Shown: positions 1 through 10,606, counted from the stretch's first letter. The stretch: DNA of 40,614 nt from Candidatus Dojkabacteria bacterium (GCA_050943415.1 JBMNPD010000005.1:1-40614), one strand, 5' to 3'. Notes: generated from the sequence alone by a model not told the origin. Numbers and translations are program-made.

Positions 1-69
1 GTTAAAATTATCTCTGAGCAATATCTCAATTGCCCCTCTGTCTGCAGCAGTTAGATGTTTGTTTCTCAT
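1..69 (-). CDS. Probable IS30-family transposase, N-terminal fragment (runs off window start)
   Basis: Manual translation of the - strand from ATG at 69 gives MRNKHLTAADRGAIEILLRDNFN, resembling the IS30 HTH_38 start (KHLTxxERxxIExL). Not in the ORF track. Confidence 0.7.
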   Translation of the reverse strand, partial: MRNKHLTAADRGAIEILLRDNFN

Positions 70-107
70 ACTTACATTTTAACTGTTGCAGTTAGAAGTA
101 GAAAGTA
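1..107 (-). mobile_element. Left end of a probable IS30-family element with terminal inverted repeat at about 84-107
   Basis: TGTTGCAGTTAGAAGTAGAA at 84-103 resembles IS30-type IR ends and lies just upstream of the transposase start. The partner IR is outside the window. Confidence 0.55.
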
Positions 108-143
108 GATTCTCATTTATGAGACAAACTTTGTGGTAGAATA

Positions 144-2549
144 ATGCTTGTGAAAGACAATTCTCTTGTACACATAGTAGCAGAGAGTTATATTCCTCTT
201 AAAGAGGAGATTCTTTCATGCAAAAAAATTTCTGGTGTAGAAAGCGAATTCTACGAATTTACTGCAGAATTATTGGGATACATACTAAAAAAAGGAGTTT
301 GGCTCTCAGTAGGTAAAGAAGAAAGTCATAATCAGCTACAGTTAAGCATTGGGGATAAATTCGATCTAAATCCTTTCCTTAATCTTGGGTATCAGAGAGT
401 AGAGAGAGTATGGAACGAGGGAGAAATATCCATACTTGGAGATGTTGTCATAATCTGGCCATTTAGTATGGATAGCCTTGTACGTCTTTCCATTTTAGGC
501 GAAGAAGTTGAAAAAATTGATTTAGTAGAAGTATCTAGTAGAAAGAAATTTAGTTCTGTAGAAAGAAAAGTCTTTCTTGATGATTCATCTTCTGTAGTTG
601 TTGGTAATGAAAATCAAAAAGATTTTTTTAAGGTAGAGGTAAGTACAGATATTGGACAGGAAGAGGGTGTACATTTTGGAATTAGGAAAATAGCAGGCAT
701 GGATACTTTTGCCTCTGTCAAAGTAGTTTGGGAGATAGTTACCAATTACAAAAATCGCGGATACAAAGTAATATATTACACTTCAGATATTGATAACTAT
801 GATTTCGATTTAACAGAGCAGGAAAGGAAGAATATTGATGAAGTTATTTTGAAAAAAGATAGTGAGCACAGATATATTAGTAGAGGATTTGTATCTACTG
901 TTGGCAAAATAGTGGTACTGACAGACAGAGAAGTCCTAGGAGAGGTAGATTTGTCAGAATTTGAAAGTCGAAATATTGGGATTGATCCTGCATCTGTTGA
1001 TATTTTGAAGAAGATAGTACCTGATGACTATGTTGTACATAAAGATCATGGTATTGGTAAATATGTTGGAATTCACAAAAAAGAAAGTGGATACTACATG
1101 GAGATAGCGTATGCAGGTAAAGATAGGTTGTTTGTCCCGCTAACAGCATCAGAAAAGATTACAAAATATATTGGTGCTGGAAAAAGTAGACCAATTTTGA
1201 CAGGTTTGAATAGTGGAGTATGGAGGAGAATCTCTAGGAAAGCTAAGGAGAAGGCAGAGGAGATAGCAAGAGAGCTTCTACAGCTATATGCTTTGCGTAA
1301 GGCTCAGAAAGTAGATCCTGTAATTGATTCTGATTTTTCTCTTGATGAGCTAAATTCTTTTGTTAATGATTTTGAATTTAAAGATACCGATGATCAGATA
1401 TTGGCAACCAAACATATTGTGAATGATTTGCAACAAAACAAGCCAATGGACAGGCTACTTGTAGGTGATGTTGGATACGGTAAGACAGAAATAGCTATGA
1501 GAGCTATATTTGCTGTGGTAAATGCAGGCTATCAGGCAGCTATGTTAGTTCCTACAACTATACTAACTCAACAGCATTTGTATACTTTGCAATCTAGATT
1601 TAAAGGCTATCCTTTTAAGATTGCTTCTCTGTCTAGATTTGCTTCATCTAGGGAGAAAGAGAAAGTGTTAGAAGGACTTAAGAGTGGTGATATTGATATT
1701 GTTGTTGGGACTCATGCTTTGTTAAGTGATTCTGTTGAGTTTAAGAACTTAGGTTTACTTGTTGTAGATGAAGAGCAGAAGTTTGGAGTTAAGCAGAAAG
1801 AGAAAATTAAGTCTAAAAGGGTATCATGCAATGTTCTTTCTTTAACTGCTACACCAATTCCTCGAACTTTAAATATGGCGTTACTTGGTATTAGGGATAT
1901 ATCTGTGTTAGCTACTCCTCCAGCTGGTCGTTTGGAGATCATTAACAGTTTTGAAAAGTTTAATTGGGAGAGTGTAGAGAAAGCAATTAGCCTAGAATTG
2001 AAAAGAAATGGCCAAGTATATTTCTTACATAACCGTATAGAAACGATAGAGTATGTGTATGAGAAATTGACCAAGATGTTTCCTCAGCATAAAGTGGGGG
2101 TTGCTCATGGACGCATGGGTGTTCAAGATTTGTCTAATGTAATGAAGCAATTTAATGAAGGAAAGATTGATATTCTGCTTTGTACCACCATTATTGAGAA
2201 TGGTTTAGATGTTCCTAATGTTAATACTTTAATCATAGATGACATGAGTATGCTTGGTCTCTCTCAGGCGTATCAAATTAGAGGTAGAATAGGGAGGGCA
2301 AAGATTCAAGCGTATGCGTATTTCTACTACGAGAAGCTGAGAGGTAACTCTAAGCTTCGTCTTGATGCCATAAGGAATTCGCAAGAATTAGGTTCTGGTT
2401 TCTTGCTTTCTAACAAAGATTTAGAGATACGAGGAGCGGGAGATATACTAGGACATAATCAGTCCGGAGCGATAAATTCAGTTGGTTACGGCTTGTATTC
2501 GGAAATGTTAAATGAAGCAGTATCAAGGTTAAAGTCGATGAGTAAATAA
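144..2549 (+). CDS. mfd: Transcription-repair coupling factor (short form)
   Basis: CarD/RID-like VVHKDHGIGKY, MDRLLVGDVGYGKTE, DEEQKFG, TATPIPRT, QIRGRIGR and TRG motif DLEIRGAG. The true start may be GTG at 150. Confidence 0.92.
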   Translation: MLVKDNSLVHIVAESYIPLKEEILSCKKISGVESEFYEFTAELLGYILKKGVWLSVGKEESHNQLQLSIGDKFDLNPFLNLGYQRVERVWNEGEISILGDVVIIWPFSMDSLVRLSILGEEVEKIDLVEVSSRKKFSSVERKVFLDDSSSVVVGNENQKDFFKVEVSTDIGQEEGVHFGIRKIAGMDTFASVKVVWEIVTNYKNRGYKVIYYTSDIDNYDFDLTEQERKNIDEVILKKDSEHRYISRGFVSTVGKIVVLTDREVLGEVDLSEFESRNIGIDPASVDILKKIVPDDYVVHKDHGIGKYVGIHKKESGYYMEIAYAGKDRLFVPLTASEKITKYIGAGKSRPILTGLNSGVWRRISRKAKEKAEEIARELLQLYALRKAQKVDPVIDSDFSLDELNSFVNDFEFKDTDDQILATKHIVNDLQQNKPMDRLLVGDVGYGKTEIAMRAIFAVVNAGYQAAMLVPTTILTQQHLYTLQSRFKGYPFKIASLSRFASSREKEKVLEGLKSGDIDIVVGTHALLSDSVEFKNLGLLVVDEEQKFGVKQKEKIKSKRVSCNVLSLTATPIPRTLNMALLGIRDISVLATPPAGRLEIINSFEKFNWESVEKAISLELKRNGQVYFLHNRIETIEYVYEKLTKMFPQHKVGVAHGRMGVQDLSNVMKQFNEGKIDILLCTTIIENGLDVPNVNTLIIDDMSMLGLSQAYQIRGRIGRAKIQAYAYFYYEKLRGNSKLRLDAIRNSQELGSGFLLSNKDLEIRGAGDILGHNQSGAINSVGYGLYSEMLNEAVSRLKSMSK

Positions 2550-2591
2550 GATCCACTTGGCAAGACTCTCTCATTCGTTTAGTATATATTC

Positions 2592-4169
2592 ATGTCTTCA
2601 GTATTGTATCAAAAATATCGAGCGCAGAATTTTGACGAACTGTACGGTCAGGATAATATTGTTAAGCTTCTAAAAAATGCTGTTAAGAAGAATCAGATAG
2701 CCCAGGCGTATCTTTTTGTTGGTTCTAGAGGTACTGGAAAGACATCTACAGCTAGAATATTAGCTAAGGCAATCAATTGCTTGAATTTGAAAAAAGATGG
2801 TAATCCGTGTGGAGAGTGTGAGAATTGTAAGAACATCACAGATGGTAGGTTTTTGGATCTCATAGAGGTTGATGCTGCATCAAACAGAGGTATTGACCAG
2901 ATTAGGGAGTTGAAAGAGAAGATAGAGTTTTCTCCGTCTGAGGGTAAATACAAGGTATATATCATTGACGAGGTACATATGTTAACCACAGAGGCGTTCA
3001 ATGCACTTCTTAAAACATTAGAGGAGCCTCCTGCACATGTTGTTTTCATACTGGCAACTACAGATGTACATAAGTTACCTCCAACAATTCTCTCTAGATG
3101 TCAGAGGTATGATTTTAGACTTGGTAGTGATGATGAGATTAGGAAATTGATAAAAGAGGTGTTGGAGAAGGAGAAGGTAAAGATGTCTGATGATGGTATC
3201 AACATTATTGTTCAGAATGCAAAAGGTAGCTACAGAGATGCTCTCTCTATACTTGATGTTGTGCATAGTGGTCAAGATGTTAAGGATAATGAAATAACTG
3301 TGGAAGAGATTAGGAAAGTTTTAGGACTGCCAGATTTTGACAAGGTGGTGCTTCTGCTTAAGTATCTACTCGAGGGTAACGGTGTAAAGGCTTTAGGTGT
3401 CATATCTTCTCTTGAGGAGCTTGGTGTTAATCTTCAACAATTTACGCAGTATGTTCTTGATATATTACAAAATGTTCTAACAGAGAAGATTAAAGGAAGT
3501 ATGAGTAAAGAGTACAAATTTGCAGAGCAGGTTGATCTTCGTACTATCCATAAGCTAATTAATCTTTTTCTTGAGGCAGAGAACAAGATTAGATATGCAA
3601 ATAATCAGGTATTAGTATTAGAGATGATTATTCCAGAGATGATGAAGCCAAGTGTAAATACAGATGTTGAAATGATTAACAAGGATGTTAAGAACAAGAT
3701 TAAAAAGGTAGAGAAGAAAGAAGAGGAAACTAAAGAAGAAGTTGAAGTAGAAACAGATTCTGTTTGTTGTGATATTCCACTTAATGAAATTAAGGAGAAG
3801 TGGGATTTGTTCATTACAGAAATTAAGCCGTTTAATGGTCATCTCTACGCTTTCTTGAGTGGTGCAAATGTGTTGTCTTTTGAAAAAGGAATCATTTATT
3901 TAGAAGTTCCTTTTCAATTTCACAAAGAAAGGATAGAGGTTCCAAAGAGTAGAAATGTAATCTCTCGAGTGTTCAAGAAAGTATACGGCACAGGATGTAA
4001 GGTAGATTGTAAAGTGAATTCAGCCATAAAGCCAGTAGAAAAATCAGATGCTAACTTTGTATTAAGGAATTTACCAGTTACTCCGAAAAAGGAAGAGAAA
4101 AAGGTAGATACAAATGATACACCTCAGAATTTCAACAAAAAGATAGAGGCAATATTCGAAGGAGTGTAA
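2592..4169 (+). CDS. dnaX: DNA polymerase III subunit gamma/tau
   Basis: LYQKYR, GSRGTGKT, Zn cysteines, IIDEVHML, ILSRCQ; upstream of ybaB-recR. Confidence 0.97.
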   Translation: MSSVLYQKYRAQNFDELYGQDNIVKLLKNAVKKNQIAQAYLFVGSRGTGKTSTARILAKAINCLNLKKDGNPCGECENCKNITDGRFLDLIEVDAASNRGIDQIRELKEKIEFSPSEGKYKVYIIDEVHMLTTEAFNALLKTLEEPPAHVVFILATTDVHKLPPTILSRCQRYDFRLGSDDEIRKLIKEVLEKEKVKMSDDGINIIVQNAKGSYRDALSILDVVHSGQDVKDNEITVEEIRKVLGLPDFDKVVLLLKYLLEGNGVKALGVISSLEELGVNLQQFTQYVLDILQNVLTEKIKGSMSKEYKFAEQVDLRTIHKLINLFLEAENKIRYANNQVLVLEMIIPEMMKPSVNTDVEMINKDVKNKIKKVEKKEEETKEEVEVETDSVCCDIPLNEIKEKWDLFITEIKPFNGHLYAFLSGANVLSFEKGIIYLEVPFQFHKERIEVPKSRNVISRVFKKVYGTGCKVDCKVNSAIKPVEKSDANFVLRNLPVTPKKEEKKVDTNDTPQNFNKKIEAIFEGV

Positions 4170-4216
4170 GTTTTCCTGTATAATGTACCGTAAATTTAAA
4201 TTCAATTTTTAAAAGT

Positions 4217-4510
4217 ATGTTAAATCCTGTTGAATTAATTAAGATGCAGAATGAAGCTAAGAAGCTGCAAAACAAGATGAGAGAGAAAAAGATTAAGGGT
4301 GAATCTAAGAACGGAATGGTTCGAATATATATGAACGGTGCTCAAGAGCTTGAAGATGTACATATAGATGAAGAGTATTTAGATCCAGATATGATGGATG
4401 ATATAAAGAAAGGGTTTAAGGAGGCGTTTAAGGATTACCAGAAGAAGTTACAGAAAGAGATGGTACAAGACATGGATCTAGATCAGTTAAAGAGTATGTT
4501 TGGAAAGTAA
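4217..4510 (+). CDS. ybaB: YbaB/EbfC nucleoid-associated protein
   Basis: 97 aa with GESKNGMVRIYMNG; located between dnaX and recR. Confidence 0.85.
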   Translation: MLNPVELIKMQNEAKKLQNKMREKKIKGESKNGMVRIYMNGAQELEDVHIDEEYLDPDMMDDIKKGFKEAFKDYQKKLQKEMVQDMDLDQLKSMFGK

Positions 4511-4517
4511 GTAAAAT

Positions 4518-5141
4518 ATGTCAATATTACCTCCTAGTGTAGAAAAAGTAATAGAGGAGTTTGGAAGATTACCGGGTGTAGGTCCTAAGTCTGCATCTCG
4601 TATGACTTACCACTACCTTCGTTCTCCTAACAAAGATGCTTCTAAGTTAGCTAATGCTCTCATAGAGATGGAGAATACTGTTAAGAATTGTAGTAAATGT
4701 TTTAATGTAACAGACAAGGATGTATGTGAGATATGTTCTAGTCCTCTAAGAAAAAAGGACAAGATATGTGTAGTGGAAGAGCCTTTAGATGTTGTTGCTT
4801 TTGAGAATTCAGCTGTTTTTGATGGAGTATATTTTGTGCTAGGTGGTGTAATCTCTCCTGCTGAGGGAATAGGGGCAGAGGAGTTAAGATTTAAGGAATT
4901 AAGAAGTAGGGTAGATGAACTCTTGAAGGATAGTGATGTTGTTGAGGTTATTGTTGCAACCAACCCTAGTCTTGAGGGTGAGGCTACTGCAAACTACATA
5001 GTTGATCTCTTTAAGAATCTACTTAAAGAAGGTAAAATTAAAATTACTAGATTAGCAATGGGTCTGCCTACAGGTGCAGATCTAGAATATGCTGATAGAT
5101 TAACTTTAAAACGAGCTCTAGAAGGAAGGAGGGATATTTAA
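4518..5141 (+). CDS. recR: Recombination mediator RecR
   Basis: LPGVGPKSA HhH motif, C4 zinc finger, ATNPSLEGEAT, ITRLAMGLP. Confidence 0.97.
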   Translation: MSILPPSVEKVIEEFGRLPGVGPKSASRMTYHYLRSPNKDASKLANALIEMENTVKNCSKCFNVTDKDVCEICSSPLRKKDKICVVEEPLDVVAFENSAVFDGVYFVLGGVISPAEGIGAEELRFKELRSRVDELLKDSDVVEVIVATNPSLEGEATANYIVDLFKNLLKEGKIKITRLAMGLPTGADLEYADRLTLKRALEGRRDI

Positions 5142-6589
5142 TGAAATTGTATTCTACTCTAGACAAAAAGATTGTTGATATTATTCCAAACAAGGATGGT
5201 TTGATAAAGATTTATAATTGTGGACCAACTGTTTACTACGACATGCATCTTGGTAATATCCGTGCATATGTTAACTGGGATATCCTTCATAGAGCATTGA
5301 TATATCTAGGATACGATGTTCAGCGTATTATGAATATGACAGATGTTGGTCATATGACTTCTGCTGATGACTTCGGTGATGACTTCGGTGAAGAGAAGAT
5401 GGACAGACAAGCAAAGAAAGAGGGTCTCCAACCTATCGATATCGCAAACAAATATATTGATTCAGTATTATATGACTTTAGAGCTCTAAATATTTTGGCA
5501 CCTAATGGTGAGGAGATACCTGAAGATTTAAATCATGATGGTATTGCAGAGTACGGTTGGACAAGAGCAACAGAGTATATTGATGAGATGATATCAATAA
5601 TTAAGAAGATTGAGGAGAATGGATATACATATGAGACTGATCAAGCTTTGTATTTTGATGTATCAAAGCTTGAAGATTACACCATATTCACAGGGCAGGA
5701 GTTAGAAGAGAAAGAGGAGGGAGCAAGGGATACTGTTAATGTAGATCCACAGAAGAAAAATCCAGCAGATTTTGTACTTTGGATGAAAAGAGTTGGTAGA
5801 TACAAAGACCATATTATGAATTGGGATTCTCCATGGGGTAACGGCTTTCCAGGTTGGCATATAGAGTGTTCTGCTATGAGTACAGCAATACTAGGAGAGT
5901 ATTTCGATATTCATACAGGTGGTGTAGACCATATTCCTGTTCACCACAGTAATGAAAGAGCACAGAATATTGGAGCATTTGGGCATCCAGTTGTTAAATA
6001 CTGGGTGCATAATGAGTGGTTAGTTAACAAGGATAATGAAAAGCTTTCTAAGAGTAAAGGAGCAGATACTTTAGAAGAGATTATGGAAATGGGATATGAT
6101 GCTATGGATGTCCGATATCTATTTATCTCCGTAAACTATCACAACAAGATAAACTTCTCTTTTGAAGCTCTAGATGGTGCTAGGAACTCAAGACTTTCTT
6201 TGGTAAACAAAGTAGCAGAGTTAGGTGAGAATGTTGGTAATATTCTTCCAAAATATGTTGATTTGTTCAAAAAAGAGTTGGAGAGCAACTTAAATATATC
6301 TGGTTGTTTGGCAATCATAAATGAGATGCTTAAATCTGATGAGAAGAAGGAAGACAAGCTAGCTACAATACTAGATTTTGACAAGGTATTAGGATTAAAT
6401 CTACATATGAGTAGTTCTAAAGAAGAAGAGGTTGTAGAGGATGAGAAGTTGACAGCTTTACTTAATGAAAGGGAGAATGCTAAGAAGAGTAAGGAGTATG
6501 ACAGAGCTGATGCTATTAGGGCAGAGATAGCTTCTTTAGGGTATTCGGTCATAGATACTGTTGACGGTCAAGAAATTAAGAAAATCTAA
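5141..6589 (+). CDS. cysS: Cysteine--tRNA ligase
   Basis: CGPTVY, HLGN, PGWHIECSAM, KLSKS, C-terminal ADAIR. Confidence 0.97.
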   Translation: MKLYSTLDKKIVDIIPNKDGLIKIYNCGPTVYYDMHLGNIRAYVNWDILHRALIYLGYDVQRIMNMTDVGHMTSADDFGDDFGEEKMDRQAKKEGLQPIDIANKYIDSVLYDFRALNILAPNGEEIPEDLNHDGIAEYGWTRATEYIDEMISIIKKIEENGYTYETDQALYFDVSKLEDYTIFTGQELEEKEEGARDTVNVDPQKKNPADFVLWMKRVGRYKDHIMNWDSPWGNGFPGWHIECSAMSTAILGEYFDIHTGGVDHIPVHHSNERAQNIGAFGHPVVKYWVHNEWLVNKDNEKLSKSKGADTLEEIMEMGYDAMDVRYLFISVNYHNKINFSFEALDGARNSRLSLVNKVAELGENVGNILPKYVDLFKKELESNLNISGCLAIINEMLKSDEKKEDKLATILDFDKVLGLNLHMSSSKEEEVVEDEKLTALLNERENAKKSKEYDRADAIRAEIASLGYSVIDTVDGQEIKKI

Positions 6590-7476
6590 TGTTACATAAC
6601 ACAGTTTCAATACAGCTAAATAAAGAGCAAGTAAGTTCAGTAAAGGATATTCTTGTTGATTCTGGTTGGGAGTTATTACCATCAAAGAATGAATATATCG
6701 TCCTTTTTATGAAGAACTCTAAAGGTTCTGCGTGTTCTTTGTACTCTAGTGGAAAAATTGTATTTCAAGGTGCAGAGGATTTCTCTAGTATTGTTGAGAT
6801 GATTAGGGGTGATGTAAATAAAGATGTTACTCCACATATTGGGGTTGATGAAGTAGGTAAGGGTGATTACTTCGGCCCATTGGTAGTTGTTGCTTGTTTT
6901 GTTAATGATGAATTTGCTTCTAAGATTACATCTTTAGGAGTAATGGATTCTAAAAAGCTTTCTGACAGCAAAATTCGTGATATATATTCTAAGCTTAAAG
7001 ATTATCCATATTACTATGTTTCTGTTGTTAAGCCAGAGGAGTACAATAAATTGATTTCGGAAACGGGAAATGTAGCTATTCTTTTAGCAAAACAACACTC
7101 TAAGGTCATTGAGATGGCTTTGGAGGATTTGCAATCTAAAGGTGTTGAGTGTGACCACGTTGTAATTGATCAGTTTTCTAACAGGGCTGATAGAGTTAGT
7201 AGAGAGTTAGGTGTTTTAGGTAAGAAAGCTAAGTTCTACCAATTCCATAAAGGTGAATCAGATATTGCTGTTGCATGTGCATCTGTATTAGCAAGGGGAG
7301 TCTTTCTTGATGAGATGGAGAAGATGGAGAATGAGTACTATTTCAAATTTCCAAAGGGTGCGACACATGTTGTTGATACAGCCAAGGATTTCTTAAGTAA
7401 GCATGGAAAAGTGGAGCTTGGAAAAGTTGCTAAAGTTACTTTTAAAACAACAAGAGAGGTTCTTTCTAATTCTTAG
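6589..7476 (+). CDS. rnhC: Ribonuclease HIII
   Basis: TBP-like N-terminus (YSSGKIVFQG), IGVDEVGKGDYFGP, DSKKL, VIDQF. Confidence 0.92.
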   Translation: MLHNTVSIQLNKEQVSSVKDILVDSGWELLPSKNEYIVLFMKNSKGSACSLYSSGKIVFQGAEDFSSIVEMIRGDVNKDVTPHIGVDEVGKGDYFGPLVVVACFVNDEFASKITSLGVMDSKKLSDSKIRDIYSKLKDYPYYYVSVVKPEEYNKLISETGNVAILLAKQHSKVIEMALEDLQSKGVECDHVVIDQFSNRADRVSRELGVLGKKAKFYQFHKGESDIAVACASVLARGVFLDEMEKMENEYYFKFPKGATHVVDTAKDFLSKHGKVELGKVAKVTFKTTREVLSNS

Positions 7477-8386
7477 GTTTCTTCTTTATACTTGAATATA
7501 TATCCTTTACCACTATGATGATTATGTAGATGAATACTAATGGAATTAGAACAGTAATTATCTGAATAATTGGATTTGTTTTGTACTGTATGTTTACAAA
7601 TTTGTAATCGCTCTCTATACCGTTGTAGAAACGTCCAACAATTTCTTTAGGATAGAAGATGTCTTGCCATGTCCACTCTGAAACAGAGAATTCTTCTGAC
7701 ATTTCTCCACCCGGATATATTTTCTTCTCCTCTTTGTTAACTCTTAAATATATTGGGTTTGAAGAACTTTTTTCATTAAATATCTGGATTTCTCCAGATG
7801 GTTTGTTTACATAGTAAGATGTGTTTTTTATCTTGTACATTATCTTCATTGGTCTAATAAACGGTATCCCATTATCTACAATCTCCATCTCTACAGTAGA
7901 TTGTTCTTTTAATGTTTCTTCTTCGTTAATTAAGTTCATAACAACAAGATGGGAAAGATTAGGGGCAATTCCTACATTTAATGGTTTGGTGCTGGTTGAA
8001 AAAGAATCTGTTCTTAGAACAATGAGATTGAAGTATGTTCCTCCATTTAGGTTTTCAAATGGTTTGATAGTGTAGGGTATTTCTACAGTTTGATTAGGTT
8101 TTACAGTAAAGCTCTTTTCTTTAATCTCTACAAAAATATTTGTTTTAGAATCAATCATTTGTTGATTCTGTGCATCGTATGAGAATATTACTAGGGTTAC
8201 AGTTATGGTAGATGGTTCGTTATTTTTAAATGTGACTGTCTGAGTAAGCTTTTCTGTGTTTTTAATTGTTACTTCGTTTGTAAATGGGTGTAGTTCTACA
8301 GAGGCTAGGGTAGGAGTAGATAAAAAAACAAAGAAAAAGAAGACAGTTAAGATTGTTTTAGACAGTTTTTTTAGGAACATAGACAT
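7466..8386 (-). CDS. Secreted membrane-anchored protein, DUF916/WxL-interacting-like
   Basis: Signal peptide, beta-rich body with GGTYFNLIVL, C-terminal TM and Lys tail; distant paralog of the adjacent gene. Confidence 0.5.
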   Translation of the reverse strand: MSMFLKKLSKTILTVFFFFVFLSTPTLASVELHPFTNEVTIKNTEKLTQTVTFKNNEPSTITVTLVIFSYDAQNQQMIDSKTNIFVEIKEKSFTVKPNQTVEIPYTIKPFENLNGGTYFNLIVLRTDSFSTSTKPLNVGIAPNLSHLVVMNLINEEETLKEQSTVEMEIVDNGIPFIRPMKIMYKIKNTSYYVNKPSGEIQIFNEKSSSNPIYLRVNKEEKKIYPGGEMSEEFSVSEWTWQDIFYPKEIVGRFYNGIESDYKFVNIQYKTNPIIQIITVLIPLVFIYIIIIVVKDIYSSIKKKPKN

Positions 8387-8391
8387 ATATA

Positions 8392-9375
8392 TTAAGAAGA
8401 TTTTATTTTCTTCTTGTATTTTCTTACTTTAACCAAAGCTACAATTAGTATTATTGCTAATATGAAGATCAAGATGTATTTCCAAGGTATTATCCAGAAA
8501 GTTGTTTCTGCAAGTAGTGGTGCAAAGCCTGGTTGGAATTCTCTGTATGTTAATACTAGATTTGCTTTTATCGGTCCTACGGCTAAATGTCTATCTTTTG
8601 TAATTAATTTCTCTTTCCAGAGGGTAGTATAGTCTCCGATATTATCTCTAAGTAGACTTTGAGAATCTTCATTAAATTTAATTCTTCCTATTTCTTTGTT
8701 AAACATATTTTGTAGAACAATTTCACCCATAGGAGCAATGTGTGTATCTCCTATATTATTTATCTTTGTTATGAATTCAACAGTAGGTTTTTCATAGTAT
8801 GTTTCTGTCGTTTTAAATTCTAGTAATTCAGCATTTTCTATGAAGTCTTTACCTACTTTTATGAGTATTGGGACTCCTGATGAGAGTGTAGTTAATGCTG
8901 CTGTACTATCTGAATTCTGTGAGTTTTCAGATACTAATGAGATAATTGCATGATATTCTCCTTTTGTAATGTTTGTAGGAACATTTATTTCATACAGTAT
9001 CTTTTCATTTTTGTTAGGTACTAATTCTACAGATTCTCTATTTACAGCTATCCAAGATGAAGCAGAGTAGAGGCTCTGAAGTTCTTCTTCCTCAGAGAGC
9101 ATGATAGCAGTACCAGGTTTGTTTTCAATTTGTCTAAATCCTCGTACTAATATTTTGTAGTTTGTAGTTTCATTTGCTAAATTCCAAGTAACTACCTCTC
9201 CATTGTATTTGTCTCCCGGTTGAAGTTCTAATACTTGAGAAGTAGGAGATAGTCCTATGGATATATCGCTTTGTGCATTAGCTTTACAAAGCAAATTTGA
9301 AAGTATTACATATACCATTAGGGGTATTAGTAATATTCTTAATACCCCTTTGTATTTCATTTCTTCTTCTCTCAT
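8392..9375 (-). CDS. DUF916/WxL-interacting-like cell-surface protein
   Basis: Signal peptide, INVPTNITKGEYHAII, NIGDTHIAPMGEI, FWIIPWK followed by TM and basic tail. Confidence 0.65.
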   Translation of the reverse strand: MREEEMKYKGVLRILLIPLMVYVILSNLLCKANAQSDISIGLSPTSQVLELQPGDKYNGEVVTWNLANETTNYKILVRGFRQIENKPGTAIMLSEEEELQSLYSASSWIAVNRESVELVPNKNEKILYEINVPTNITKGEYHAIISLVSENSQNSDSTAALTTLSSGVPILIKVGKDFIENAELLEFKTTETYYEKPTVEFITKINNIGDTHIAPMGEIVLQNMFNKEIGRIKFNEDSQSLLRDNIGDYTTLWKEKLITKDRHLAVGPIKANLVLTYREFQPGFAPLLAETTFWIIPWKYILIFILAIILIVALVKVRKYKKKIKSS

Positions 9376-9390
9376 TTAATTTCCTTTTCT

Positions 9391-10533
9391 CTAGTAATAT
9401 CCTCCACAAACAAAAGTTACGGTTTCTTGGTATGTACCTGCTTGTGCTAGTGGACCTGCTTTTGCTCCGTATGTAATAGTTGATGTTTCTTGAGAAGCTT
9501 GAGCGTCCTGTTGGGAGAGAAGTAACTTTGCTCCTGCTACACCTCTGTCTAATGCTCCGAAAACACCAAGTGTAGTATCTGCAAATGTGGTAGCAACTGT
9601 AGCTGATTCTCCTGCGTCAGGATCTGAAGCAGTCATACCGAATCCTTGTGTTCCAACTCCTCGTAAGTCAACGGTTGTTGAACCTGTTGATGGAATTAAG
9701 TATGTTGTAGCAGTACTTTTCCAAAGACCTGCGTCTGTTGAGCCATCACCTTTTCCGTAAACTGCCCAGTAGTATCCATTTGCAGAGGACGTTGTTTGTG
9801 TTGAGATTGTATGTTGTCCTGTTGTAAATGCACCTCCTGGATACATAGAACCTAGGTCGATAGCATTTGTACTAATTGTGCATGAGACTGAGGGTACTGA
9901 AGAAACTGTTGCAGTAACAACTACCTGGTCGTTACTGACTAGATATATACCAAATGTAGAAGAGTCGGCTACTGTGCCATTTCTTGCCTCTACAGTTACA
10001 TTATGTACTCCAGCAGTATCATCTGTTCCTAAAACTCCAGTACTACCAGCACCATTAGCAAGCTTAACTCCATATACTGTACCTGCTGTAAGAGCTCCTA
10101 CATTTGTAATAGTTATTGTGTCTGCTGAGCTTCCTCCCGATCCTTTACTACATGTAGCTTCTAAAGTAGTATCACCTGGTAGAGCAGCATCTATACTCCA
10201 GTCTCCTTGATCAGGATTGGCTGCTGTAACTCCTGTTACAGTTAATGCACCAGCAGTTCTACACCAATTCCCATCATCATCATCTGGAAACACAATTGTT
10301 ATATTTCCCTTTGTCGAAATGCCTTGTCCAGTAGAGAAAGCTAATACCATTTCTACATTATTAGCTGCATCTGCGCCAGTGAGATTGGTCTTCATTCGAC
10401 TAAGGTATAGGTATGCAGAAGACAATGCACCTGCATTTGATTTGAAGACTAAAGGCATTGAAAGTAAAAGGGCCATAAGTACAACGGAAAGAATTATCCC
10501 GTACTTAGTGAAAATATTTTTTGTCTTGCTCAT
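9391..10533 (-). CDS. Secreted Thr/Gly/Ala-rich surface protein with WxL-like C-terminus
   Basis: Signal peptide; ends AQAGTYQETVTFVCGGYY, matching a WxL-like G-x-Y-x-x-x-x-T-F terminus. Confidence 0.55.
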   Translation of the reverse strand: MSKTKNIFTKYGIILSVVLMALLLSMPLVFKSNAGALSSAYLYLSRMKTNLTGADAANNVEMVLAFSTGQGISTKGNITIVFPDDDDGNWCRTAGALTVTGVTAANPDQGDWSIDAALPGDTTLEATCSKGSGGSSADTITITNVGALTAGTVYGVKLANGAGSTGVLGTDDTAGVHNVTVEARNGTVADSSTFGIYLVSNDQVVVTATVSSVPSVSCTISTNAIDLGSMYPGGAFTTGQHTISTQTTSSANGYYWAVYGKGDGSTDAGLWKSTATTYLIPSTGSTTVDLRGVGTQGFGMTASDPDAGESATVATTFADTTLGVFGALDRGVAGAKLLLSQQDAQASQETSTITYGAKAGPLAQAGTYQETVTFVCGGYY

Positions 10534-10606
10534 TATTTAAATAAGGCAGAATTTATATACTTACAGGCTACATGTTTTGTAGTTGTTTGTCAATTTTTTA
10601 AAAAGA

